A DNA stretch of 64,000 bases from Haliotis cracherodii (Eukaryota). Each line of letters begins with the position of its first letter. Within the stretch, counting starts at the first letter, position 1. This document shows positions 1-12,434 of this stretch, piece by piece. Under the pieces are notes generated by a model. That model saw only the letters and a list, made by a program, of their open reading frames with translations. It made no database searches and had not been told where the DNA came from. The stretch is taken from NCBI RefSeq assembly GCF_022045235.1, contig NW_027266264.1, forward strand, positions 73,656,001-73,720,000, given 5' to 3'. Made by a program: the position numbers and the translations under genes.

Positions 1-731
1 TACTTAATGTAACAGTTGATAAAAAATAGTGACTCTTAGTCCCGGAACATTATTTTTTTCCTTTTCCCTTTCCAGTCATGCGTGTCTTTCATTGTTTGTT
101 ATTGTTCCCATAGTTTGTAACTCAAATTTCTTTGTGTTTGGCTGCAGATTTTGCGTGTTGGTACCTTCAGAAATATTCACTTCACCCACCCGCTTCCTTG
201 TGAAAATAACCACTTTCGATGACGGTTGATAAATTGCTGTAATTGTTCGTCACGTCATATGTGTTAAGAAATATAAAATATTTATAGATATTTGAAAGGC
301 TTTATGATCATACAATGTGAGCATGTTACTAAATTTGTCTCTCTTGTTTTTTTAGTAATGGCGTGGTTTATCCAGCTCTAAGACCTAATTATGAACATTT
401 ATCTGAAGATAATACGTCTAAATGTGGAAGTCCCACGGTTATATAAGAATCACAGAGACCCGCTTGTATAATAGTATCTACAACAGTGATGTTTCGATAT
501 CCGGTTTTCATTTTCATTTATCAATTAGAAATGATAGGCAAATTCGAGGTGATGGTGTGACAGTCTATGAGTATTAAATATATGGAGGTATTGTCAATAG
601 CCTGGCTTTAGGCATTATGGGTGCAAATAGAAATCGTGTACCAAATCATTGGATCTTTCTACTATGCGGATAAAAATTAGGCGTAATGGAACTCATAGAC
701 CAATCTGTACATAATGCAACGGATTATGTAA

Positions 732-745
732 ATACATACATACAT

Positions 746-792
<47 letters not shown>

Positions 793-831
793 TACATACA
801 TACATACATACATACATACATACATACATAC
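732..831. repeat. Compound (TACA)n(GACA)n(TACA)n microsatellite
   Basis: Direct reading. Confidence 0.95.
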
Positions 832-1446
832 CGACTCGTTGTATGATCTCTTTTATTTTTTATACATTAATTAGAAATTGAAATATGCGTCTGCATTGAT
901 GTTTATATTGATAACATATTTCAAACATTATGTTTATTTTTAAATGACATCCATAAATGAGTAAAACATTTCATATAACCTTCTACACGTATTTTGGTAC
1001 TAGCTGATATTAACCATTCTTATAGCTTAAATGGATAGAATTATTAAAACAAGGACTGGTCGGCTAGGAAACAGTATAGATGAAATAATGATATGAAGAA
1101 TATAATATAATTGTATTTTTGTTTCTACATGCCAACACAATAAAACATTACAGATAATGAATATAGCATCAGGTCTAATGGTCTATGAGACACACGTAAG
1201 AACATACAAAATACATTAAATAGAAACTGGTATAAATAGCATTATTTTGCAATGAGGTGGATAACAATGTGTGAGTATATATACATAAATACTAAGCCAG
1301 CAGGGAAATAATTACGTCTATTTTACATTTAATAACTAATGCGGCTAAGGGCTTTACAGATTTACCATTAACCCAATGAGAATGCGAGTGAAAAAAAGGT
1401 ATTTATAGCTTATACACCTCGCCACACATAACAAAAACGGTTCCGG

Positions 1447-1448
<2 letters not shown>

Positions 1449-1493
<45 letters not shown>

Positions 1494-1517
1494 CGTGCGT
1501 GCGTGTGTGTGTGTGTG
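1449..1517. repeat. (GT)n/(GC)n microsatellite
   Basis: Direct reading. Confidence 0.95.
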
Positions 1518-1967
1518 CCCTTGAATTATATCATTACTCATGATAATTATAATGAACATCTGATCAAAAAACGAATTTCGTAACAAAACTTACAAATTCT
1601 ATATTCTCTAGGTGTTTTGTATATCTACCAGTTTCTATTTCCAAAGGCATAAACCACATCGTAACCTACTATAAGAGCACTATGGTATGATCTCGGTATG
1701 ATTTCAGTACCGGATACCAATAATTTCTTAAATAGTCTACGAAGTTTATTTCTATTTAATTTCTTGTTTTGACATACATTCATATGCTCTTTGCATCTTA
1801 ATTAAGTAGCAGTCACTCGCCCGACGAAGGAGTAAGCATATACTCCGAAACGTTGTGCCCCTCATAACATAGAAGTTGACTTCCATAAATTATCTGTCTT
1901 ATGTGTATCTCTTCTAAATGCCATTTAAAGACTAAATTATTTTTTACCTTCACATTGTGAGACTTGG

Positions 1968-2270
1968 GGTGAAATAGGGTTAACGTCGCGTTGAAGGTTA
2001 TTACGCTTACATAGCGACGTGCATGCGTACTAGTCCCGGCAAATGCCGATTTTATGCCACTGAGATACCAAGCCGCAGTTGAACATGAATACCCACCTCA
2101 GATACAGTATATTGACTCCGAGCCGACCAGGCCTTGTTTTAATGTTGAGCGCTAGGCGGGGTAACAACAAGTACCATCTTTTAACATCTTTTGGTATGAC
2201 GCGGCCGGGGATCGAACCCCGATATTCCGCTATCCGGGCAGGTGCGTACCATTAGACCACGGAGGCGACT
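1968..2270 (-). mobile_element. tRNA-derived SINE family C (probable Meta/MESC-type core)
   Basis: Reverse strand shows A/B boxes, then GTCATACCAAAAGATGTTAAAAGATGGTACTTGTTG. CATTGTGA is repeated on both flanks. The domain name is from memory, not a search. Confidence 0.75.
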
Positions 2271-2705
2271 CCCATTGTGAAAACTGGTTAAATCACGAGC
2301 GTGTTTTGTTTCTAGAAGCTCTCAAACCTTCTGTAGATTCGAATACATATGAAACGTTTGTGCTCTACACGTACACTTTAAGCAATAAGTAATTAAGGTG
2401 GCAATTACTCTTTATGTAATTCCAACCTCTACACTTTATCTCCACTGTCAACTGATGGTCCACCTTACAGTACGTGTGGTCCCAAAGGTGACTGTTACTT
2501 TTTTCTTGATAATATTTTTTTTTCAAATAATATTACATTATGTGAAAAACGTTCAAGCAGATGAAACTGGAGGCTGTCTGTCGAGTAACTGGTATCGTGT
2601 CTTAAAAGCGCCATCGAAAAATAGAAGACAGAAGCCTAGTCAAATACCGCAGCGCTTCTCAATTGCGGTACCAGTTATCCGGTAGACGACAATAAAACAT
2701 TCAAG

Positions 2706-5700
2706 ATGGCGATGAGCAAGAGAGGAAACGTAAGTTTTGTGAATAATTTCTGATTTCTGAATATGATATTAAGTAAAGGTACTATATAAATTATGTTTAA
2801 TTCGTATAGTTTTAATTTTAGAAACATCAGTTGCCCATTTAGTTCAGCAAAGAGAATAATAGCTTCAAGAAGGAAGTCCCTCAGTTTTCGTGCTCATGTG
2901 CGTCTTTCAAGAGACAAAACATTGAGTGTCAACAAGAGAAGAAATATCAAACAAATCACCAAGACCCATATATTTTAAATTCACGTCTTTCAAAATTAAT
3001 GACATCAATGTGTCCCTTGTTCTTATTTTCAAATGGCAGAAAGCTGGAAATATTCTGCAAATAAGAGAATCACTCAATATATCGAACGAAGAAAACGTGC
3101 GAAATACGTTTGAGTCGACTGAATTGGGTCTAAAAGCCGATTTAGGTTAAAAGCTTAAAGACATACCACTTTGTAATCATTTCTTTCAAGTCACGTGAAT
3201 GTCAGAGGAAAACATTATCGTGTGGTTTCAATGTTCTTGAACATTATTGAAATGTATATTCAGCATATACACAGCACATACATGCAGCATAAATATGGCA
3301 GGGACTAAACAGCAGTTCGTTATATCCGTCTGTCTGATCGTTACAAGCGTGATCATTATAAACATTGTTTCCTGTATATAAACTTTATAGAATCTGTACG
3401 TTATTTTAATATTCCTTCCCTTTTCTGTGTTAGTGTGTATATTTTCACAGTGGTTAATGATGTTATTGGTAGTACACCTCAAATTTCATCACAAGCCACA
3501 TTATCCCTAACCTGATGGTCTGTAAGGTAGGAGGTCAAAACAGCCTCATGTCAGAACGGCCACAGAAAAAAAAGTCAAAATAGCCACAACTTATAGTCAA
3601 AATGACCACAAAAAACGTCACAACAGCCACACAGAAAATAAAGAAGACAAACTCAAGTACTGTGTCACATTATTTGTGTTGTATACATTGGGTATTAGTT
3701 CAAAACATGCACCATGTAGTAGCATGTACCATATGCACACAGTTCTTAATTCAGCACTACACAAGGGCTTACAAAGTTCTATCTAGTGCCATATCACAGT
3801 AAAGAGATTTACTAAAATCTAAATTTAATTTATAGATAAACTAAATTTATGAGATAGGTTAAAACAGCACGAGAACTCTACTGGAAAATATTGCATTGTA
3901 ATAACAACATCTAACATGTATACTCTGTACACATCCTGCTCACTTTTGATATTCATTTATCAATAAATTTTAACGATCAATAGTACCATTAGCATGATTA
4001 GCATCTTTACATGTTTTTATGTATGTTGTAGGTGCGGCTCCCGCCTGAGGTGAACCGCATTCTGTACATCAAGAATCTTCCTTACAAGATCACTGCAGAA
4101 GAAATGTATGATATATTTGGGAAGTATGGAGCAATCCGACAAATCAGAGTGTGAGTATAGAAAATACATTCCATTCACAGCTATATGATCTATAGTGACG
4201 TGTTTGAGTCCTTTTTAAACAAATAGTATGTTACCAGTTTATGCCATAATTATAAGATCAATCATGTTTAATCATATTACTTTCCTACCATGACCAAGTG
4301 CTTTAGACATGTTAGAAACTCTAATTTGTAGAATTGTTGATAATCTACTTGAATCTTTTTTCATAATTTGGCTCACATCTTAAAAATATTTTCAAGATAT
4401 GTTTGTAATAGTTTTCATATTGATATTTGTTTGATGACTCATATGTAGTAGTTACTCCTCATTGTTTTGTCATGTTCCTTCATGATTACCATGTTAATTA
4501 GATGCATTGATTTGTCTGCAGGGGTAATACACCAGAGACGAAGGGAACAGCCTTCGTAGTGTATGAAGATATCTTTGATGCCAAAAATGCTTGTGATCAC
4601 CTCTCTGGGTTCAATGTCTGTAACAGATACCTCGTTGTCCTCTACTACCAGTCTACCAAGGTAAGCCGCTGTGTAATGTACATGTTGAACAACAACTAGA
4701 GGGGCACCGTAATTCACTATGTAGAGTTGCATTCCTTCACATGCATAGACATGCCAAAGACTATCATCAATCTCATACTCACCATGATTCTGATTCCCAG
4801 TGACCTTGAGTTTCTCCAAAGTGGTGAAGGTCTGAGACTAGAGCACTTCCAGCTGAAGTACTGTTTAAATTAGTTTTAACGCAGCTCACTTGATCACAAA
4901 AGCACAGTTGTACTTATCCCATCATAATGATCATGTGTTCTCTTGTTGACATTTGAGTACAACATTTACTGTCTTGGATAGAAGAGTAAAACTAATGATG
5001 ATGAACCAATATGATGAGAACAGTGTTTGATTTGTTTGTTGTTTAACGCCACTCTCAGCAATATTCCAGCTACAAATAATCCAGTCTGGACCAGACAATC
5101 CAGTGATTAACATCATTGATCCATGCAATTGGGATACAATGACATGCATCAACCAAGTCAGCAGGCCTGACAGCCCGAATCCTGTTAGTTGCCTTTTATT
5201 GCAAGCACAGGTTGCTGATGACCTATTCTACCAGTGTTTGAGAATGTAGTGATATCATAATTGAAACTCGTACAGTTGGAATATATCCGAAAGACAGTTG
5301 TGTGTGATTTCAGATACAATAAGTCTGTTAAACACTGATCTGGTGTCCATCATCACTTTCTTACTATTGTTTTACCTCCTTTGGCAGTTAATCTACACAC
5401 ATACATCTTTCTTCTTGGATTGCTCCTTGTTTGTGAGATTGTGGAAAAGGTTCTTACCAGTGCACCAGTGAAGATTTGTTTTTTAAAAACACCTTTGTGT
5501 CCAGAATTATATATTTCTTTGATTGTTGTTTTACGCTGCTGTGAGCAGTATTCTAGTCAAATCATGGTGGTTTTCACACTTAGTCTAGCCCAGACCAATT
5601 AGTGGTTGACAGTATGAAAGATGTCCTAAACCAGTGACCACAAAGTAGTCTCACGCCATGGGTTCATGATGACACATGTTAGCAACCAAGTAACTGTGTC

Positions 5701-6255
5701 TGACCGGGGCAGTGGGGTAGCCTAGTGGTTAAAGCATTGGCTTGCCACGCTGAAGACCTGGGTTCGATTCCCTGCATGGGTACAATGTGTGAAGCCCATT
5801 TTCCAGTGTCCCCTGCCGTGATATTGTTGCAATATTGTTAAAAGTGGCGTAAAACCATACTCACTCACGTACTGTGTCTGACCACCTGATCCAGCTTTGT
5901 CGCTTCTTATGACAAGGAATAGAGATTGGAGACCTATTCCAAGCTGGGACTAGAATTATTTGTGGAGAGTTCAGTAGATATGCTTAATGTATAACATTCT
6001 ACTTAACATGCATAGTGGGACTAGTTTTCTCCCCATATCTTACATAAACCACTAGTTGGAACTGCGAAGTAGTTGGATCTGCGAAGTAGTTGGATACAAA
6101 CTGTGGTGTCTACCCATCATGAAATACTTACTGTTTTAACAAACGGTTCTTTTCTGTGATTTCAGGCATTCAAGAAAACTGACACAGACAAGAAGAAGCA
6201 GGATATTCAGGACATGAAGGCCCGATACGGACTGAGCACACCAGAAAAGAAATGA
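2706..6255 (+). CDS. SF3B6: Splicing factor 3B subunit 6 (SF3b 14 kDa, p14), RRM protein, 123 aa, 4 coding exons
   Basis: Exons 2706-2729, 4032-4150, 4522-4660, 6166-6255; all GT-AG with matching phases (372 nt). Translation: [123 protein letters not shown]. This is recognisably p14. AATAAA at ~6572 and ~6964. Confidence 0.97.
5024..5232 (-). mobile_element. SINE-like family B (GTCGTAAGAGGCGACTAA core, (AAAC)n/(AACC)n tail)
   Basis: Matches the many other copies in the window. Confidence 0.75.
5706..5868 (+). mobile_element. tRNA-derived SINE family A, nested in an old family B copy
   Basis: A box TAGCCTAGTGG, B box GGTTCGATTCC, (ACTC)n tail; 13-bp TSD ACTGTGTCTGACC. Confidence 0.85.
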
Positions 6256-7513
6256 GTGTTTTTTATGAAAAGGATGTACATAGTGTAAATACGTCAACAA
6301 ACATCATCATTAGTGTCATCCTTCATCAACAGGTTTATAAGTAACTACACATTCCTTGGATTACAGCTTCCATGTGAAATCAGAGATGAAACATTAGATC
6401 ATGAGGTAAAGATGTACTCGACAAAGGTTTTACAGTGTCTCTGACTTAAATACTGGTTATTGGCTGTCATGTTTTAGGAATGAAGGAAACAGTTCTATGA
6501 TGCTGCTCACATAGAGGATCCGGTTGGATATTTGAAGTAGGATGATGTGATGCTGGTTTGCAACTGTGTCCAATAAAAACCCTGTGTTCTGTAAAGTCCC
6601 ACTGATCACCTACCCTCAGATACTGTTACCAGCAATATTTTTAGAATCACATTATATGATGAAGAGATTCATATATGATGATTATATTCTGAAGAGATAG
6701 GGGTCTAAAATATCAAAATCCTCTTTCATTTGGGTGAGGGGGGAATTGTCTTCAACATATTACATTTGGTTTTCAAAGGAGGGGGGGAATCTGGACCCCC
6801 TCTGGATCTGCCTATGCCAAGCATGTAATGTCCCATGTTGGTGCGATTCTAATTCAGTTTTGTGTGTTTATGAACCAATATAACTTTGGCATTTCTATAT
6901 AAGCAAAATAATTGATGTTGAAGAAAGGGTTAGATACATATTTCTACATGTATGGTGTAAATGAATAAAACATGCAAATCCTGTCAATACTGTTCGTCAT
7001 TATTTCCTGACATTGGATCAATGATTTATTCAGTGAAAAAGAGGTAGAACTGAAACAGTTCTCAGGTGATTATTGTCAATAGAACAATAGACATGAATGT
7101 CTGTTTCCAAGATATTTCCAACTCTGTGGGCAAAACTAACCATGTACATGCTTGCTTCTTGTTTAACAGCTCAGTTCCATGCTCATGGGTTACACCACAC
7201 TGGCAAACATCTACAACATGCACCACCTTGGGCTGCAGATTGGATAGTAATTTTAGCATCACACACTTTGTATCAGAATCGACGCAAGCCATGGTGGAAA
7301 ATGGGTCCAGTGTTACATCATAAAAGAAATTCTACATTGGGTTATCAAGGATGAGCTGAAAGCGCCAGGAGTGAATAGAGTTGTTGGGCTATCCCTCCTG
7401 GGGGGCTACACTGTCACGATGTTCAGAGCAATGTACAACGATGACATCCGGCACTGATGATTTTAATTAACAAGAAACAAATTACTTGACAGTTATTACT
7501 TTTCCTCTTATTG

Positions 7514-7668
7514 CAGGGATAGAAATTAACCAAAAAGTCCACTAGCCTGAATAGTGACAACATATAGCAATGCCCCCCATTTTGTTTGAAATTCTATTAG
7601 ACCTTACAATACCATTTACATAACAAAACTGGTCAGGGCTTGCGGGCTTGTGCTAATTTCTATCCCTG
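7514..7668. mobile_element. Small MITE with CAGGGATAGAAATTA TIRs
   Basis: CAGGGATAGAAATTAAC at 7514-7530 and GCTAATTTCTATCCCTG at 7652-7668. A related degenerate pair lies at ~29460-29582. Confidence 0.6.
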
Positions 7669-8013
7669 TAATAAGGAATGACAACCTACACCATTAACAA
7701 AGATATTAGTGAAAATGTTTCATGGAGCAGTGCCTATTTTTATGCTTGCACATACCTTAATTCACATTTAGTAAGACTAGTCCAGAAGATGATAGTTGAA
7801 ACATTATTTCACTTGTCATTGGAGTTTGTAGATAGTGCTCTCGATCAAAACAAAAATGTTTTTTTCATTTCCAATTTCTATAAAAATTAAAGCATTAAGA
7901 ACTTTGAAGGTGTTGGGTGTTGTAGGTTTCGTCAATGTTTGTGGAAGTGCGGTCATTGACTTTTAATATGAGCGTACATGGTACTGAACTGATCTCTCTT
8001 CTATAGTCGCCGC

Positions 8014-8167
8014 GGGGCGGTCGGGTAGCCTAGTGGTTAAAGCGTTCGCTCGTCACGCCGAAGACCCGGGTTCGATTCCTGACATGGGTACAATGGGTGA
8101 AGCCCATTTCTGGTATCCCCCGCCGTGATATTGCTAAAAGCGGGGTAAAACCATACACACTCACTCA
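8014..8167 (+). mobile_element. tRNA-derived SINE family A
   Basis: Same consensus; TSD CTA(T/C)AGTCGCCGC. Confidence 0.85.
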
Positions 8168-9459
8168 CTACAGTCGCCGCAATATTCATAGTTGCGTCGA
8201 CAGAATCTTTTTATTTGCCCTCATTATGATTCTTGGTTTGCCAGCATTATACCAGTGCTTGTGGATTTATGTGGGGAAGGTCGAAGGATGTTTACATGCG
8301 TGTTAGTTGTGCTTTCAGTTACTGATGTGTCGGGTTCAGACCCGATCATTTATAAGTCGCTCTAATAAAGTTAGAACATTACTGACTGCAATGTATGCTG
8401 GTCACTCAGCTGTGATTAACCTACTAATGGAGACTCTTCGTTTGGAGACTCATCTTACTTTGAAATATATGATAGATGTTCTACTGCAATGTTTATTAAT
8501 ATCCCCTAAAAGTCAATGTACAGTAGATCGGTCTCCTGCAGAACGTCTTCTTTCATACGGAAAAATACCCTCATGCTGAGTTCCGTCTCTTAGTATCGCA
8601 TGTTGACGAGGCGCATAGAAACACCGTAACCAGTTTAAGAAAAACCATATGCGCCATTTCAACCAATGAAACTGCGAAATACTTTTGCCCCCAATCACTT
8701 CCGGTATCACCAGACGAAAATCAGCGAATATCTTGAAATGATATCAATTTGTAAGTACTTTTTACTGAACAGATGTTGGTGTTTGAGGGATGGCCATGGA
8801 CGTATAGGCAAAATGTGTTTCTTGTGTAAACAGTAGTTTCCGCAGTACTTTCTGTGGTGAAGGGACACACAGACAGACAAACATTGACATGTGCACGTCT
8901 CGCAAACAAATGTGACAGATTCCCAGATCCAGCTGATCATGAAACAAAATTCGCCAAAGGACGTCAATCATCGTGTGTGGACCGTTAATTGACGCTGAAA
9001 CAATAACCCTACAAATACACACTTACTTTGGGAATGGAATGATAATTTTACAGTGTGGATCTTCTTGTGTTGCGTGTAATTTACTGTAAATTTAGGATGA
9101 CAGCCTGTATTTTTACTCAAATGAAATTATGAAGTGTCGATGTATAATATATTCAATAGATAATACATTTTCACTAAATATATAATAGATTTATATTTTC
9201 AAAGTTTGACAAAAGTGTTTGAAAGACTGCAATTTACGCTGTTGCTGTGACTGCTGCTGACTGTGGCTCTTGCTTCACTGTGCCTCTTCGATCCTTAGGG
9301 TTAGTTCTGTTAGGGTTGGGTTCCCCCTAACTGTATCTATCTTAAGCCGTTGGATCCCCTTTCTGATCAAGCACCCACAGATGAATGTTGGTAAACATAC
9401 TTATTTCTGACAGTGACACCGGTAAAGTGTTAGGTAATAACATCAACTCATTTCCTTAA

Positions 9460-11529
9460 AGGGGCACTGATCTAACGCAATTCCCCGGGACTGGTTGTTG
9501 CCTTTGTTATTGTTTTTTCCCATTGAGTACCCGGATGTAGAGCAGAAATCTAGACTAGCTCGCGACCTCTGTTGCGCCATTCGTAAGCGCATTAGTCACT
9601 TTTATGGATACCGGTAGTAATAAGAGCGTATGGTCACATTGATCAACAAAATGAAATACAGTTTTCGAGATAATAAGGAAATGTAGGTATTTTTGTGGGT
9701 AGCATCGGTAATGGTGACGAAGTTTTGATAAGTCACTTGCTTGGTAATTTTGCGATTTTCGTTTACACTATTTTGACTTGCAACACAAAGTAAATATTTC
9801 ATCTGAGCATTGCTTTTTTTATAGTGTGTATATTTTTTTACTGTCAAAATGTGTAACATATTTATTAAACGTATAAATCTTCAGTTATTTTACAAAGTGA
9901 CTGAAAAACATTTCCATCTGTATTATTATGATAACGAATTCCAAACATTTTGATGTTTAATGTCATCACCAAGAGACTGAAAATGTTACGTTGAAAAGTA
10001 CATTTCTATGTTGTTTGGCTTCTAATCCTACATAATAATCTGTTGTGATGTTTGTAGGCCCTTTTGATCGTCTTAATCAATCTGGACAGGTCTTTTAGTC
10101 AAAATGACTGAAATATTTACACATTTTATAAATTGCCTGAGAGAATCACATTTTACAAATTGACGGTAATCTATACACGCTTACAAAGGAAATGACCTGT
10201 GAAAACAACGTCTATCGCGCATTGAAGAATTTCCCAACCAAGACGTAGAGAAACAAGAACGAATCGGTTCAAATGAAGGAAAACAAAATGCAAATGCCAT
10301 AATTACAACTTACCAAATTTATGTGTATAAATAGGCAGCTTCCTTGTTCGAGGAATGTATCCGTGAATATCCACACAAAGGAATAATGTCCCACTCATCT
10401 GCAGCTATACAAAATAACTTATTCGATGTCACGTGTCTCTGTAACTATCAAATATTCTAAAAGATATATATCGTTTCGGGATATTATAACCAGTGTTCGT
10501 TTCTCAACTGATCACTTGGATTGTTTCAGGTGTTTCACATAGGTGTCAAGTCTCAAGGGTTGGCTGAGAAAGGCCACGTGACAACTATTTTCATAACGTC
10601 CACGGTTCCTAAAAAATCCACTGAGTTTGATAACAATGAGCAACCAATCAACGTATTATCAGTTAACCCTTTCAACAAAGTATGTTGTTTTTACATCGGC
10701 ACTTCACGCCATGATATGAGTGTATTCCCTTTGTTTTAGCAAACCTAGACATGTAAACACTCACTTTTGACATATCCACTGTGCAAGATAACAGTGATTA
10801 ATCAATCAACGTATTTTCTGTTAATCCTTTGATGACTAGGAACGATCCGTTGATTTACCTAAAAAAGTAAATCAACTGATCATTCATCTCTTGCTGGGCT
10901 GCCACGTGCATATTACATAACGCACATTTCACCTCACTTCAAACCTGGATATAGATTGAATAATTACCCCAGACACAATAAATGCCAAATGAGAACCTTT
11001 GTCAGGTAATCTAAGTGGTGCTACCACTAATTGTACCTGTAATAAATTCATTAACTGAGCATCAAGTGAATGACGACAAATACACAAGTGTAGGGTTATA
11101 CGAGAAAACGTTGATGACAACAAGGGAGTAGTAATCGTATTATCGACGCAATCCGAAATCCGAAAATGCTTTCACTGCATGGATACCTTTTTTTTAGTAT
11201 TAAGCTATCACCATCTGGGGTATTTCCAAATGACGACTTCCGATGAGCTCCGCCGTTCTTTTTGTCTGTTTGTTTAGGCTGAAGAAATTAATTAACATGC
11301 GCCCTTTGTCGAATCTTTATAGATCACATTTAACTAATCAGTGTTTATTCAAAAATGCGTAAAACAAATATTGCCTCCAGCCTCCAAGTTTATTTAGCTG
11401 TCCTTGCAGACGGTACCCCAGTCTCTGGTCACGCTCAGTTGCGTTGCGTATCATCCGGGTACTCACAGGGGAAAAAACAATAACAAAGGCAACAACCAAT
11501 CCGGGAAATGGCGTTAGATCAGTGCCCCT
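9460..11529. mobile_element. Non-autonomous Kolobok-type DNA transposon (~2.07 kb)
   Basis: ~78-bp imperfect TIRs (9460-9537 AGGGGCACTGATCTAACGC..GTACCCGGATG; inverse at 11452-11529), flanked on both sides by TTAA (9456-9459, 11530-11533). TTAA plus AGG termini is the Kolobok signature. No transposase ORF seen. Confidence 0.8.
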
Positions 11530-11832
11530 TTAACTTCCCCCAGCCAGGTGTTGGTGTCACTCATAAACAAAGCAGTATAGATCTACTCAGTCTTTATATA
11601 CTTTGCTCACATGAGATATTTCCCATGTTTGACCTACATAAGAAAGTTGTTGTCTTCAACAAGGCTGAATTGACATGTTTTGAAACTTTACTTCCACTCG
11701 CACCATTGAAACAAAGACACAGACAAACAATTCATCACAAAGGGGAAAATAAACAATCATCGGTTTACGCTAGCCGCAAACAAAAACCTTAAATTTGAAA
11801 GTTTCTGTTTCCAGAGACCATATGAAATCCCG

Positions 11833-12067
11833 ACCCGTGAAGATCCGGGTTAGAATAGGTTAGAATAGTTCTTCAGCAACCCATGCTTTCCAATAAAAGG
11901 TGACTATGCATGGTTGATGCATGTCATCGTCATCGATCCCAATTGCTTGGATTGATGCTCATGATATCAATCACTGAATTGTCTGGTCCAGACTCGATTA
12001 TTTACAGACTGCCATCATATGGCTGGAATATTGCTGAGTGCGGCATTAAACAACCAACCAACCAACC
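11833..12067 (+). mobile_element. SINE-like family B
   Basis: ACCCGTGAAGATCCGGGTTAGAA...GGTCCAGACTCGATTATTTACAGAC...TTAAACAACCAACC. Confidence 0.8.
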
Positions 12068-12434
12068 TAATGAAATCCCCCAAAGTATGCCAGGTAAAGT
12101 ACAGTAGTCCCAAAATTTTGAAATGTGTTATGAATTTCTAAGAAATCAGTATATATAAACAATCCAACAATTGAGGATCAGTAACCTTAGAGTTGTATCT
12201 CTGCCAATGATCAGCTGCTTCTGTCATCTTTTAGAGTTAAATAAAATGTTTGATTTGCATGGCATTGAAATTTGTTGAGGGAGCATAGGACATATGTAGA
12301 AAAGGAAATGATTTTTTTATGGTGAGCTTCTGTCCCTGTGGTACTCTGATTTTAATATGCAATTGTGCACTAACCTACAGTGATTATCCTGCAGACAGGA
12401 GGGAGGACTGTGATTCTAGGATGCAGGGATCAGG

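Noticed and set aside
7025-7454. Possible minus-strand terminal exon (acceptor ~7454, AATAAA ~7030); frames give AGCHRCTLL* (CaaX-like) or a Cys-containing ORF at 7062-7292
   Set aside because: No upstream exons could be linked and no family was recognised; chance cannot be excluded.
8014-8090. tRNA-like sequences here and at the other SINE heads
   Set aside because: They continue into a shared body and tail, have TSDs and lack a complete cloverleaf, so they are SINEs, not tRNA genes.
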